From: an uncultured virus (IMG/VR IMGVR_UViG_3300035502_000498)
Lineage: Duplodnaviria > Heunggongvirae > Uroviricota > Caudoviricetes
IMG/VR virus record: IMGVR_UViG_3300035502_000498
DNA length: 64,000 bases
Reading direction: 5' to 3' (one strand)
Part shown: positions 40,357 to 50,498 of the stretch, in pieces
Position numbering within the stretch: position 1 is the first letter of the stretch
How the letters are laid out: every line of letters begins with the position of its first letter
Position numbers and translations under genes: made by a program
Notes under the pieces: model-generated
Seen by the model: the letters and a program-made list of their open reading frames with translations, nothing else
Databases searched by the model: none
What the model was told of the DNA's origin: nothing

Positions 40357-40878
40357 ATGAATAAACTTACAAAACCATACACATCAAAACAACGTGCTGA
40401 CTTTATAGTTGAGTACAACCACAATAAAGGCTTAACTATTGAGGAAACAGACAAAGCACTGTATGCATTAGAGGCTTGGGAAAAGCTTGAGGGCGATACC
40501 GTAGTGGATAATACAGAAGATTACGAGAAGGAACAAGAGCAAAAACGCAAAGAACATATTCAGGCTCTGACCTGTACTAAACGTGATTTTGCTTTAATTT
40601 TGCAAAAATATGGCATAAGCTATAGCCAACTTAAAGAGCTTATTGCAACAAATGATAATGCTCAACTTGAATGGGATTTGTGTACAGGGTTATTGAGGTC
40701 TAATCCGCTAATTGACTTAATGGCTTCCCAACTTGGCATCACATCTGATCAGATAGATAATTTATTTTTATATGTTAATGGTGAAATAACAGAAGAAGTT
40801 CTTGCTTCTATGATTACTGAAACCGAGACAGAAGAACCAGTTGTTCAAGATAATTCAGATATTGAAATAGAAGAATAG
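40357..40878 (+). CDS. Tail-fibre-associated protein
   Basis: LTCTKRDF...AQLEWD...RSNPLI..MASQLGITSDQIDNLF motif typical of genes following fibre genes. Confidence 0.6.
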   Translation: MNKLTKPYTSKQRADFIVEYNHNKGLTIEETDKALYALEAWEKLEGDTVVDNTEDYEKEQEQKRKEHIQALTCTKRDFALILQKYGISYSQLKELIATNDNAQLEWDLCTGLLRSNPLIDLMASQLGITSDQIDNLFLYVNGEITEEVLASMITETETEEPVVQDNSDIEIEE

Positions 40879-41120
40879 CTTAACAGTGCAGACCAAGCCT
40901 CTTTATAATGCTTAAATAGGTCTGCCACTTAAAGGAGTAAAGTATGATGTTTAAAATCCTAATAATTTTCAACAGTTGTAATTTTCTTAATTTGGCTTAA
41001 TACTGTGCCCTCAGATTACTAAAATTTCTTTCTTCTCTTAAAAGATTTCTTTCTTTCACAAGAAGAAATTTCATTTTCCAGAAGCAACTTATAAGAAAAT
41101 GAAAGGTAAATCCAAAACCA

Positions 41121-41483
41121 ATGATAGAATTAGAATCACTTGAACAATACAATACGATTATTTCCCAAGCAAAGGATTTAATCGTTTTGTGCTTTTATAA
41201 TGATATGTGCACTCCTTGCAATAAAGTCACACCTCTTTTGGAAGACACGGAAGAACGTTATTCACCTTCCGTAACCTTTCTCAAGGCACATCCAAGAAAA
41301 GTCTTCCAAATCTTCGCAAAATATCAGATACCATGCGTACCCTCCGTATTGCTTATTTCAAAAGATGAATACAATAGTTCTCAAGAACCAATTGTTCGAG
41401 CAAGACTTGTTCATCAAGATATAACCAGAGACAATCTAATAGGTCTCATTTCAGAATATAAAAAGAATATTACTCTTAAATAA
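41121..41483 (+). CDS. Thioredoxin-like protein
   Basis: FYNDMCTPC...YQIPCVPS thioredoxin fold pattern. Confidence 0.75.
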   Translation: MIELESLEQYNTIISQAKDLIVLCFYNDMCTPCNKVTPLLEDTEERYSPSVTFLKAHPRKVFQIFAKYQIPCVPSVLLISKDEYNSSQEPIVRARLVHQDITRDNLIGLISEYKKNITLK

Positions 41484-41626
41484 TAACGATATAATCACAT
41501 AGAGTCCAAAATCATTTATTTTTGCATGTTTTCTGCACTACTCTTAAGGGAGCAGTGCTTCTTTTTCTCCTAATTCCCAATTCCATGATTAAATTATCAC
41601 AGATACTGTACAGGAGAGAATAATCA

Positions 41627-42568
41627 ATGACTTCAAATAAGATTCCTATTAATAGGATAGATACATTACCAGAGAAGCTTGATTCCAAAGCAGATTCTTC
41701 CCTTTCAGGAAGTTCTTTGGAATTCAGTGGATCAAAACTATCACTTAAAAACAAAGATGGAGAAGAAATATCTTCTGCTTCAATAGAAATACCTTCCTCA
41801 ATTGAAGTAGATGGAACAACCATAGATTATACAGATGATGGAAAACTTCAAAGCATTGGGTCTTTGGCAAAGAGCGGACTCATCAAATACGATTGGATTG
41901 GAACTACAGAAGAATATAACGCTGGAGTTGAATCTGGTTTGATTACTTCATCTACGGTATGCTATGTTACAGATGATGAAGAGGAAACTTTTGGATCTTC
42001 TGGTTCAGAAGTTGATTTGTCTGCATACTTGAAATCTTCAGATGCAGCAAGTACTTATTTGAAATCTTCAGATGCAGCAAGTACTTATCTAACAAAGAAT
42101 GATGCAAGTTCAACATACTTGAAATCTTCAGATGCAGCAAGTACTTATTTGAAATCTTCAGATGCAAGTACTACATATTTAACACAGAACGCTGCATCTA
42201 GCACATACGCAACCAAAGCAGAGATTCCAACTCAAACAGATTTAATGATCCAGAAGCATTCAGATTTAACTTCAGGCACAATCTCTCTTAATAAGAATGT
42301 TTCTATTTATAGAAGAACAGTTTCTTCTGCAACTACTTTTACTTTTAGTACTACTGCATTGGGTCTTAATTCAAGCACGGATACTGCTACTTTCGAATTA
42401 AAACTGAAAATGAGTTCAGTAGCTACAATAACATTCCCCTCTTCGGTTAAATGGCAGAATGCAGAAACTCCGGATTTATCCGAAACAGGAATCTATTATT
42501 TTGTATTCAGAACGGATGATGGCGGAAGTACATGGTATGGAAACTGTCAAGGAAAATGGGCAGCATAG
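41627..42568 (+). CDS. Tail-fibre-like protein with 10-aa repeats
   Basis: VDGTTI, WIGTTEEY, YLKSSDAAST repeats, C-terminal ITFPSSVKW..PDLS..YYFVFRTDDGGSTWYG. Confidence 0.7.
   Translation: MTSNKIPINRIDTLPEKLDSKADSSLSGSSLEFSGSKLSLKNKDGEEISSASIEIPSSIEVDGTTIDYTDDGKLQSIGSLAKSGLIKYDWIGTTEEYNAGVESGLITSSTVCYVTDDEEETFGSSGSEVDLSAYLKSSDAASTYLKSSDAASTYLTKNDASSTYLKSSDAASTYLKSSDASTTYLTQNAASSTYATKAEIPTQTDLMIQKHSDLTSGTISLNKNVSIYRRTVSSATTFTFSTTALGLNSSTDTATFELKLKMSSVATITFPSSVKWQNAETPDLSETGIYYFVFRTDDGGSTWYGNCQGKWAA
42026..42205 (+). repeat. Six tandem 30-nt coding repeats (2 x 3-unit higher-order repeat)
   Basis: TACTTGAAATCTTCAGATGCAGCAAGTACT units encoding YLKSSDAAST / YLTKNDASST. Confidence 0.85.
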
Positions 42569-42581
42569 GAGTTGTTAATTT

Positions 42582-44969
42582 ATGGGAATTAGAACAAGAT
42601 TTAATCCAATGGGTGGGTATAACCCTGAAGAGGATGATGAACCAGTTGCAGAGTTGACTGATTGGAGATATACTACAGAATCAAATGGTGTCAGAACACT
42701 AGATGAATATCTTGGCACAGATACAAATATTGTAGTTCCTTCAGATAAAACACAGATTAATTCACACGCTACTGCATGGGCATCCAGCTATCAAGCAAAT
42801 ATACCTTTTTGTAATAAACAAAATCTTGTTTCTGTAGATCTTAATGAAGTTCCTTTTAAAGCTAATTTGGCAGTTTACACTTTTTTTAATTCCAAGAATA
42901 TTGTTTCTGTATCAAATATTAATTCTAAAGTGACAAATATGTATGGCACTTTCTCTAACTGTTACAACCTAGCCCAAGCTCCAAACATTCCTAATAGCGT
43001 TACAAATATGGCTAGTACTTTTTCTTTTTGTAACAAGCTAACCCAAGCTCCTGTTATTCCTAACAGTGTAACAAGTATGCCTAATACTTTCTCTAACTGT
43101 TACAACCTAACCCAAGCTCCAAACATTCCTAATAGCGTTACAAATATGGCTAGTACTTTCCCTTTTTGTTACAACCTAACCCAAGCTCCAAACATTCCTA
43201 ATAGCGTAACAGATATGTCTTATACTTTCTATTTCTGTCGTAACCTAACCCAAGCTCCAAACATTCCTAATAGCGTTACAAATATGGCTGGTACTTTCGA
43301 ATCTTGCTCTAACCTAACCCAAGCTCCAAACATTCCTAATAGCGTAACAGATATGTCTTATACTTTCTATGGCTGTTACAACCTAACCCAAGCTCCTGTT
43401 ATTCCTAACAGTGTAACAAGTATGCCTAATACTTTTAGATATTGTAACAAGCTAACCCAAGCTCCTGTTATTCCTAACAGTGTAACAAGTATGACTAATA
43501 CTTTCGAATCTTGCTCTAACCTAACCCAAGCTCCAAACATTCCTAATAGCGTTACAAATATGGCTAGTACTTTCGAATCTTGCTCTAACCTAGCCCAAGC
43601 TCCTGTTATTCCTAACAGTGTAACAAGTATGCCTAATACTTTTAGATATTGTAACAAGCTAACCCAAGCTCCAAACATTCCTAATAGCGTTACAAATATG
43701 GCTGGTACTTTCGAATCTTGCTCTAACCTAACCCAAGCTCCAAACATTCCTAATAGCGTTACAAATATGGCTAGTACTTTCTATGGCTGTTACAACCTAA
43801 CCCAAGCTCCTGTTATTCCTAACAGTGTAACAAGTATGACTAATACTTTCTCTAACTGCATTAACCTTACAGGAAATATTTATATTCATTCTGAGAATAT
43901 AACTGGCGCAGCTTTATGTTTCACTAACGCAAATTTAGCTAAAAACGTTTATATCCCATACACCTATTCTAATGGAGAATACACCAAAACTTATAACACA
44001 TTTCAAAAGGCACACTATTTCAACGGTATCAATGGTGTAACAATGCTGACGTTTCAATCCAGTGTGAACTGGTCTGCACCCGATAATGCAACTATCTATT
44101 TTAATAATGGTATTGTTACTCGAAATCCAGAGTATGTATCAGGTTCAACTGTAAACTATGTTGCATATCATCCAGAATATATACCTGTTTTTGGTGCTTT
44201 GACTGATTTAGAATCAGGAAAGACTTATGATTTGAATATAACAATGTCTAAAGAAGGCGGTGTTTCTTTTGCAGTAGTTCCAGATCAATCAGATTACACA
44301 ATTACATATACTTATGGTGACAATGAGTACAGCACAACTTCAGATTCTGTCGTAGTTCTGCCAAATACGGAAGTAAAATATGTTGTTAAATGCAAAGGAT
44401 TTAAAACAATAACTGGAACATATACTGTTATCGAAAATACAACTTTACCTATAACTCTTGAAGTTGCAACAACAGAAGAAGCAGATTTGAGCTATCCATT
44501 TGATGCTGCTTCCTATTCTTCATTCACTCTAGATAATTTAGTAGATGGTTCAAATTTCGAAATAAGCAGTGCAGCTAATGCAATTATTTCGGGGTCTTCT
44601 TCGTATAATGTTAATAATGGTAAATCTATTGGATACATTGAGTTCACAACTCCTGAAGAAGAAACAGAATTATCAGTTTCTTGCTACACAAGCAGTGAAT
44701 CTAACTATGATTTTGGCGGAGCTTACATTGGCACAGCAATTTATACACCATCTAGTTATTCAGATTTGAGAAATCAGAAAACCGATGGAAATGGTTCTTG
44801 GTTATACACAGGAAGTGGTACAAACACTTCTCCAACTGAATATACTACAACTTTGCAAGCAAATACTAAATACTATTTGCAATTCTATTATATGAAAGAT
44901 GGTTCTTCAAATAAAAACGATGATAGATTCTATATTACAAACATCAAATTCTCTGCTGTTTCTGTTTAA
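42582..44969 (+). CDS. BspA-type leucine-rich-repeat protein, putative receptor-binding/adhesin
   Basis: 13 near-identical 23-aa TF..C.NL.QAP.IPNSVT.M.. repeats plus C-terminal beta domains (YTSSESNYDF, YMKDGS.NKNDD). Confidence 0.85.
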   Translation: MGIRTRFNPMGGYNPEEDDEPVAELTDWRYTTESNGVRTLDEYLGTDTNIVVPSDKTQINSHATAWASSYQANIPFCNKQNLVSVDLNEVPFKANLAVYTFFNSKNIVSVSNINSKVTNMYGTFSNCYNLAQAPNIPNSVTNMASTFSFCNKLTQAPVIPNSVTSMPNTFSNCYNLTQAPNIPNSVTNMASTFPFCYNLTQAPNIPNSVTDMSYTFYFCRNLTQAPNIPNSVTNMAGTFESCSNLTQAPNIPNSVTDMSYTFYGCYNLTQAPVIPNSVTSMPNTFRYCNKLTQAPVIPNSVTSMTNTFESCSNLTQAPNIPNSVTNMASTFESCSNLAQAPVIPNSVTSMPNTFRYCNKLTQAPNIPNSVTNMAGTFESCSNLTQAPNIPNSVTNMASTFYGCYNLTQAPVIPNSVTSMTNTFSNCINLTGNIYIHSENITGAALCFTNANLAKNVYIPYTYSNGEYTKTYNTFQKAHYFNGINGVTMLTFQSSVNWSAPDNATIYFNNGIVTRNPEYVSGSTVNYVAYHPEYIPVFGALTDLESGKTYDLNITMSKEGGVSFAVVPDQSDYTITYTYGDNEYSTTSDSVVVLPNTEVKYVVKCKGFKTITGTYTVIENTTLPITLEVATTEEADLSYPFDAASYSSFTLDNLVDGSNFEISSAANAIISGSSSYNVNNGKSIGYIEFTTPEEETELSVSCYTSSESNYDFGGAYIGTAIYTPSSYSDLRNQKTDGNGSWLYTGSGTNTSPTEYTTTLQANTKYYLQFYYMKDGSSNKNDDRFYITNIKFSAVSV
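42948..43844 (+). repeat. Thirteen tandem 69-nt LRR-coding repeats
   Basis: Conserved CCCAAGCTCC..ATTCCTAA.AG.GT.ACA core with block-wise variable segments. Confidence 0.95.
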
Positions 44970-45007
44970 TTTCATATAATGTCACCAGTATACAGGAGAA
45001 CTATTAT

Positions 45008-46024
45008 ATGAGAATAGACGTTATTGTTCCTTGCTATCATGCACAAGATCAAATTCCAAATCTTCTTGGCTCTTTGATTTCTCAGAAGATTTCAGATGAA
45101 TTAGATGTTACTCTTGTAAATGATGGAGAAGAAAACACAGATTATCAAGAAGCAGTTAAAACATTTAGTCCATTTATTTCCATCAGGGAAATCAAAATGG
45201 AAACCAATGGAGGTCCAGGAGTTGCCCGTCAATTTGGTTTCGATCATACTTCCAACCCTCTTGTAACTTTCATCGATGCAGATGACACTTTATCAGGTGC
45301 ATTTGCTCTCAAGATCTTAAGAAAACAGCTTCTTCAAGAACCATACAATGCAATATGCATAGGTTCATTCCTTGAAGAGCAAGAAAATGATCTCTATATC
45401 AATCATGAGAATGACACCGTATGGATGTTTGGAAAACTCTATAAAAGAGAATTCCTTGTTAAACATGATATCCGTTTCAATGAAACACGTGCCAATGAAG
45501 ATGCTGGTTTCAATATGATGTGCAGACTTTTGTCCAGCGATCAAGAACAAATCAAGTTCATTAAGGATATCATTTATTATTGGCAAAAGACCGAAGGTTC
45601 AACCACACGTGCCAATAATTGTGAATATTCTTATAATCAATCCTTCGTTGGATACACAGATAATATGATATGGGCAATCCAAGAAGCAGAAAAGAGAAAT
45701 CCATTCAATGGCAATATTCTCCATCAGAAAGTTGGAACTATGATTAATCTATACGAATATTATATAGAAACAGTTGCAAGAGACAAGAGATTCATAGATC
45801 AGAATTGGAATTGTTGCAGAAAGTATTATAAAGAAATCTATCGAGAAGTCAAAGATAAGATTCCGGAAGAAACTTTTATCCAAACTTACAATGATATCAT
45901 GAGAAATGCTTATATGGGAAACAAACTTCATGGAATAATTCCATGCATAGGCATTCATGATTTTCTGGCTAAATTAGAATTAGAATACACAGATTCCAAT
46001 ACAGGAGAAATAATCAATGACTAA
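45008..46024 (+). CDS. GT2 (GT-A) glycosyltransferase
   Basis: IDVIVPCY, LVNDG, NGGPGVARQFG, FIDADD, FGKLYKREFL, NEDAGFN. Confidence 0.9.
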   Translation: MRIDVIVPCYHAQDQIPNLLGSLISQKISDELDVTLVNDGEENTDYQEAVKTFSPFISIREIKMETNGGPGVARQFGFDHTSNPLVTFIDADDTLSGAFALKILRKQLLQEPYNAICIGSFLEEQENDLYINHENDTVWMFGKLYKREFLVKHDIRFNETRANEDAGFNMMCRLLSSDQEQIKFIKDIIYYWQKTEGSTTRANNCEYSYNQSFVGYTDNMIWAIQEAEKRNPFNGNILHQKVGTMINLYEYYIETVARDKRFIDQNWNCCRKYYKEIYREVKDKIPEETFIQTYNDIMRNAYMGNKLHGIIPCIGIHDFLAKLELEYTDSNTGEIIND

Positions 46025-46631
46025 ATATGGAAAACTTCAAAATGGAGCAATAATATATGCACCTAAAAATTTTATTCTAGAAGATGGTTCTACAATACTT
46101 AACTTTGATATCAATGAAAAAGCACTTTTAGAAAATGGATATAAATCAATCGAAGACGAAGGAAGACCAGAATATAATCCAAACTTCCAAACAGTAACTT
46201 CTACATGGGAAGAAAAAGAATCTTCTTTGGTTCATGTTTATGAAGTATCAACTGACACTTCAAAACTTGCTTCTTATGTTTCAGATCAAATAGCTCTTTG
46301 GTATTCATCTCAGATGGAAGTTCTTGTTCCAGTTGAAGAATATTTTGTCAAGACTTCTTGGTTCTCAACTTATTCAAATGCATATCAAGCTCTGAAGTAT
46401 GCAGAAGATAATGGCATGGAAATTTCTTCTACCACAATAGTTGTCTTAAATAAAGAAGGTCTTCTTGAAAATATCTCAATCAACAGTAGTGCAGAACTTG
46501 ATCCTTATTATCAAACAGTTATGCTCAAATACAATGAACTAACCCTTAAAAGAAATGGATACTTGGTGAAAGCACAAACTCTAAATATTCAAGAATTGGA
46601 AGAGTTCCTTAATTCTCTTGCTCAGAATTAA
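46017..46631 (+). CDS. Tail-associated hypothetical protein
   Basis: YGKLQNG.I.YAP...GYK..PEYNP..Q...WEE pattern. Confidence 0.55.
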   Translation: MTKYGKLQNGAIIYAPKNFILEDGSTILNFDINEKALLENGYKSIEDEGRPEYNPNFQTVTSTWEEKESSLVHVYEVSTDTSKLASYVSDQIALWYSSQMEVLVPVEEYFVKTSWFSTYSNAYQALKYAEDNGMEISSTTIVVLNKEGLLENISINSSAELDPYYQTVMLKYNELTLKRNGYLVKAQTLNIQELEEFLNSLAQN

Positions 46632-46639
46632 ATTATGAC

Positions 46640-47029
46640 ATGAACGTCGATGGGGTAAATAATAGTTCAATATCTTTTGGATATTCACATCCAATAAAAA
46701 CTGCTTACAAGAAACACAAACTACCCTCAGTTAAATACGGATTTTATGGAGACACTTTATCAGTTGATACAGTGTCTCTTGAGCATTTAAAACCAAAATC
46801 CAAAGGAGGAGAAAGTTGGTTGGGAAACTATGTTCTTGCTTCAAAAAGAATGAACGAAGCAAGAGGAAATGAAGATATCAGGTATTTCTTTAATCCAGAT
46901 GCAGCAAGAAGGTATCTTAAGCAGTTTATCAATGTGAAACTTCCAGAGTTGAATGGAAAGAAATACATCAAGATGGTTCTTGATACTCTAAGAAGATTGG
47001 GCATAGATCCTAGTTTTTATACGAAATAG
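46640..47029 (+). CDS. HNH endonuclease-like protein
   Basis: SLEHLKPKSKGG...NYVLASKRMNEARGN; N-terminal ..NSSISFG motif. Confidence 0.8.
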   Translation: MNVDGVNNSSISFGYSHPIKTAYKKHKLPSVKYGFYGDTLSVDTVSLEHLKPKSKGGESWLGNYVLASKRMNEARGNEDIRYFFNPDAARRYLKQFINVKLPELNGKKYIKMVLDTLRRLGIDPSFYTK

Positions 47030-47104
47030 AATCATTTTCTCCTTATATTTTCCATTCATGCAACGTCTCCTTTAAATTAAGTCATAAGAAATTCAGATTC
47101 AGAT

Positions 47105-47171
47105 AAAGGTCTCATCTGAATGGGTGAGACCTTTTAAGCAGATGGTTCATCTATTTGGACCATCTGCTTTG
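47105..47171. terminator. Two adjacent hairpins, possible bidirectional terminator
   Basis: AAAGGTCTCA..TGAGACCTTT and AAGCAGATGGT..ACCATCTGCTT. Confidence 0.55.
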
Positions 47172-47233
47172 TGTTATTGTACAGAATTTCACTTGAAAAA
47201 GGAAGATCAGTGAAAATTTTAAGAGTTGATAAT

Positions 47234-47572
47234 ATGAATAACACACCATCATCACAAAAGTCTGTATCAAAGAAAACACAAATTCAAACAGCAAAACTAT
47301 CTCAAGAAGAACTACATAAGTGTTTTCAGGAATCAAGAAATGAATATAAGAAGATGCTAGATAAAGCAGGTCCAATTCCATCTTCAGTTTTGACAATACC
47401 AAGAATCAATTCTTTGCATGCAAAGAATTCTGCAACAATATCATTTCTTTCGGATTTCCATCAAACAATTCGTGAAGATTATAAAGAAGATTTATGCATT
47501 GGAGTTAAAAGCATGCTAGAGAAGTACCTACAGAAATTGCAGGACTTCTGCTCGGAATTAAACAGATTATAA
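47234..47572 (+). CDS. Hypothetical protein
   Basis: Start refined to ATG. Confidence 0.45.
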   Translation: MNNTPSSQKSVSKKTQIQTAKLSQEELHKCFQESRNEYKKMLDKAGPIPSSVLTIPRINSLHAKNSATISFLSDFHQTIREDYKEDLCIGVKSMLEKYLQKLQDFCSELNRL

Positions 47573-47700
47573 AGGTTAATAAATATCTCAGGTTGAAAAA
47601 CCCATGGGTTGGATAATTCCAACCCATTTCTTTATCTATTTGTTATTTCTGACCGAAATTGAACATAACCGAATTTAAACTCTTGGAAAGGATGATAGAG

Positions 47701-48027
47701 ATGACAACTCATAAAGAACTTAAATCTATGCTGGATAAAAATCTTAAGGATTTATCTGCTTCACCAGTGGAGATAGAATACTTTGATAATCCTTATGTGA
47801 TTGTAAAATATGAAGAACGTGATCCATTCACAGGTGGACATACCCATGATTATTTATACATAATTTGCTCTGCAGAAGATGGAAGTATCATAGATACTAC
47901 TTCATATTATGATATACTTCTTGCAAAATGGGCTCTTGCTCAGAAAGCAATGAATAATCCAGAAGCAATAGATAATATTCTTAAAAAATTTCAACTCTAT
48001 CTTGGACTACATTATAAGGAGGAATAA
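47701..48027 (+). CDS. Hypothetical protein
   Basis: AAGGA RBS; start refined. Confidence 0.55.
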   Translation: MTTHKELKSMLDKNLKDLSASPVEIEYFDNPYVIVKYEERDPFTGGHTHDYLYIICSAEDGSIIDTTSYYDILLAKWALAQKAMNNPEAIDNILKKFQLYLGLHYKEE

Positions 48028-48031
48028 GATT

Positions 48032-49519
48032 TTGAAGTTTCATGTAAATACAGATAAAGGAAGTATTAAGTTAATAGGATCCAAGTTCACAGTTCCTATA
48101 CCAAAAGAACATAAAGAATTCTGGAATAATCTGATAGAACAAGTAGAATTATCTATGCAAAGTGAAGCAAATGAAATCACATATCTTTGGTATCAAGATG
48201 GAAAGATTCATTTTGGTGAAATAGATAATTCAGAAGAATCTACAGTAAAGAAGACTGCATTTGTTTTTGATTTAGCAGATTATACGTTGAAATCAGTTTC
48301 TGGTACAGTGCTTAAACCTGAAATGGCAAATAGTTTTAACTATAAAATACTTGATTTGGTAAAAGATTCAAATTATACATGGTTACTCAAGTTTTATGAT
48401 TTCTGGAGATCTATAGCTTTTGAACACCATAACTGCAAGAAATTTTCTTTCTTGTTTGCTTTAGGTAAGAACCAACTTCGTTCTTTGAAGGTTGCAGAGA
48501 AACTACTTCGTTCTGGATTTATACCAAGATCTTGCAGTTTTCTTTATGCACTTTTAGATAGGGCCTACCCACCTGATGAGCAATTAGAGTCTATGAGTCC
48601 ATGGGAAATTATAGGACTTCCAAAATGCGTATATAAAAGTTTTGTAGCAAACAATTCTCTTATAAACGGCTTTTGGGATTATAGCCGTTTTTCTACTTTT
48701 TCTCAGATAGAAGGCTTGGAAAGTATTTGGTCCGCAGTAGAAGAATATGATGTAATTGAAGAGTTTTGTGATTTGGTACAGCAAGGAAGATATGTCGATG
48801 CACTTGAAGATTTGATTGCAGATAAGTCTTATAACAAACGCAGATTAATCCAGTATCTCTTTATTGATCTTCCAGAGAAACAAGGTTTTGAAAATACTTC
48901 AGATGCAATAATAACTCTTCAAGACTATGCTTCAATGAGTGCTGCTTGCTATGAAAAAGTTGAAGACAAATATCCAGCATATTTAAAAACTGCGCATGAC
49001 ATAGTATTGCTTAAGTTCAATAAGTTGAAAGAGCTAGAAGAGAATGCAGAAGTTATGAAATATTATGATGGATCTTGCAATTTTGCCTCTCCTACGTTCA
49101 AGATATCAGAAGGATTTCCTATAGTAATAGCAGAACCAGAAGAAGTTATAGATATTGCAGAAGAAGGAAAGGCAATGCACCATTGTGTTGCTACTTATAT
49201 AGATCGGATTAAACAAAGTGAAGGTCATACTCGTATTTTATTCATGAGAAGTTATGACAAGGGCTCTTATTGGAGTGCCAAAATAGTTAGACATGTTACA
49301 ATAGAGATTAATGGTAACTCAATTGTCCAAGTAAGAGGAAAATACAACAGAGATCCGAATGAGATGGAATTAAGATGCTTAAATGAGTTCTGTCAAGCAA
49401 AAGACTTCAAATTTTCTGAATCTCTTGCAAGTGTCTATAGAGAAATTGTTGGACATGACATATCAGAACCATTTGATGCAGGATTAATAAGAGAAGAAAA
49501 GGAGGTAATAGCATGCTAA
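48032..49519 (+). CDS. PcfJ-like domain protein
   Basis: DYASM..KYPAYLKTAHD...EEGKAMHHCVATY..ILFMR..TIEI..IVQVRGKYNRDP; AGGAGG RBS. Confidence 0.85.
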   Translation: MKFHVNTDKGSIKLIGSKFTVPIPKEHKEFWNNLIEQVELSMQSEANEITYLWYQDGKIHFGEIDNSEESTVKKTAFVFDLADYTLKSVSGTVLKPEMANSFNYKILDLVKDSNYTWLLKFYDFWRSIAFEHHNCKKFSFLFALGKNQLRSLKVAEKLLRSGFIPRSCSFLYALLDRAYPPDEQLESMSPWEIIGLPKCVYKSFVANNSLINGFWDYSRFSTFSQIEGLESIWSAVEEYDVIEEFCDLVQQGRYVDALEDLIADKSYNKRRLIQYLFIDLPEKQGFENTSDAIITLQDYASMSAACYEKVEDKYPAYLKTAHDIVLLKFNKLKELEENAEVMKYYDGSCNFASPTFKISEGFPIVIAEPEEVIDIAEEGKAMHHCVATYIDRIKQSEGHTRILFMRSYDKGSYWSAKIVRHVTIEINGNSIVQVRGKYNRDPNEMELRCLNEFCQAKDFKFSESLASVYREIVGHDISEPFDAGLIREEKEVIAC

Positions 49520-49917
49520 GACCAAGAGAACAACAAATACACGATCTTATGAAAAAGAATAAGTCTGCGATAGAAATTGCAGATGAAACAGGATTGGCAG
49601 TTAGCTCAGTCAAGACTTATATGAGCAGAATTCATACATATCTAGCAGAAAAATCTTCAGAAGTTAAAACTGCATTAAAAGCCAGAAAAGACGATATTGT
49701 TTCTAAAGTAAAAGAAGCAATTAAACCAGAACCACAACTCAAAAGAGTTAATACTTTTGAAGAGTTTACTCGAATGATGAATGAAGTTTCTGTCAAAGGT
49801 TCTACTTTGGAAGAAAGAGTTGCAGAATTCAAAGATGCATATTGCAAGGTTTGTATTTATCCAAATCGTTGTAATGAATGTCCAACAAAAGTTCTGATGG
49901 ATAAGTACCTGTTTTAA
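49513..49917 (+). CDS. HTH DNA-binding protein with C-terminal Cys cluster
   Basis: LRPREQQI..SAIEIADETGLAVSSVKTYMSRI; CKVC..CNECP. Confidence 0.7.
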   Translation: MLRPREQQIHDLMKKNKSAIEIADETGLAVSSVKTYMSRIHTYLAEKSSEVKTALKARKDDIVSKVKEAIKPEPQLKRVNTFEEFTRMMNEVSVKGSTLEERVAEFKDAYCKVCIYPNRCNECPTKVLMDKYLF

Positions 49918-49997
49918 TAGAAGATTTTATGTTGTGTGGTTGTTTCTAACCACATAACAATACATTATACACTAAGAGTACATGGGATGGTTAAATA

Positions 49998-50234
49998 ATG
50001 ATACAAGAGAAGATTAAGAAATTAGATAAAGAAGCAACTGTTTGCTTTTTATCTGCAGATATCCAGTTTTTGATAAAGAATCTTAAAAAGAGATTGAATT
50101 CAGCAGAAGATAAGCAAGATTTAGCTCTTATTTCACAGAAAGTAAGATTAGTTCAACGCAAAGCCCAGAAGATGGAAAAGCGGCTTAAGAGGTACAGAGA
50201 CTCAGTTGAAGCTCTTGGGTTTAAACGTGTTTAG
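49998..50234 (+). CDS. Hypothetical coiled-coil protein
   Basis: 78-aa ORF. Confidence 0.5.
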   Translation: MIQEKIKKLDKEATVCFLSADIQFLIKNLKKRLNSAEDKQDLALISQKVRLVQRKAQKMEKRLKRYRDSVEALGFKRV

Positions 50235-50498
50235 TCTTAAATTTCTATAGATGAAAGAACAAAAGATGGGGTCTTATAATGATGGAGTTAATAGAGAATT
50301 TCTTCAGAGTCATGCACAAGTTAAAAGATGAGCATGAAGAAATGAGAAAGCAATTGGAATATTTGAATTCCCAGATATCCGAGTTGAAAGCACAGCAACT
50401 TTTAGCAAGCAATAAACATTCAGATAATTGAGAGTCACCTGATTATCCAGCTCTCTGTCTGGAACTTTGGAATAATTTCCATAAAGGAGATTAGTTCA

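Noticed and set aside
42948..43844. CRISPR array or DGR template/variable repeat
   Set aside because: Units are in-frame 69-nt coding repeats without unique spacers; variation is not adenine-specific and no reverse transcriptase is present in the window
46988..47080. Minus-strand 23-aa ORF with AAGGAG RBS overlapping the HNH 3' end
   Set aside because: Too short and unsupported by any recognisable motif
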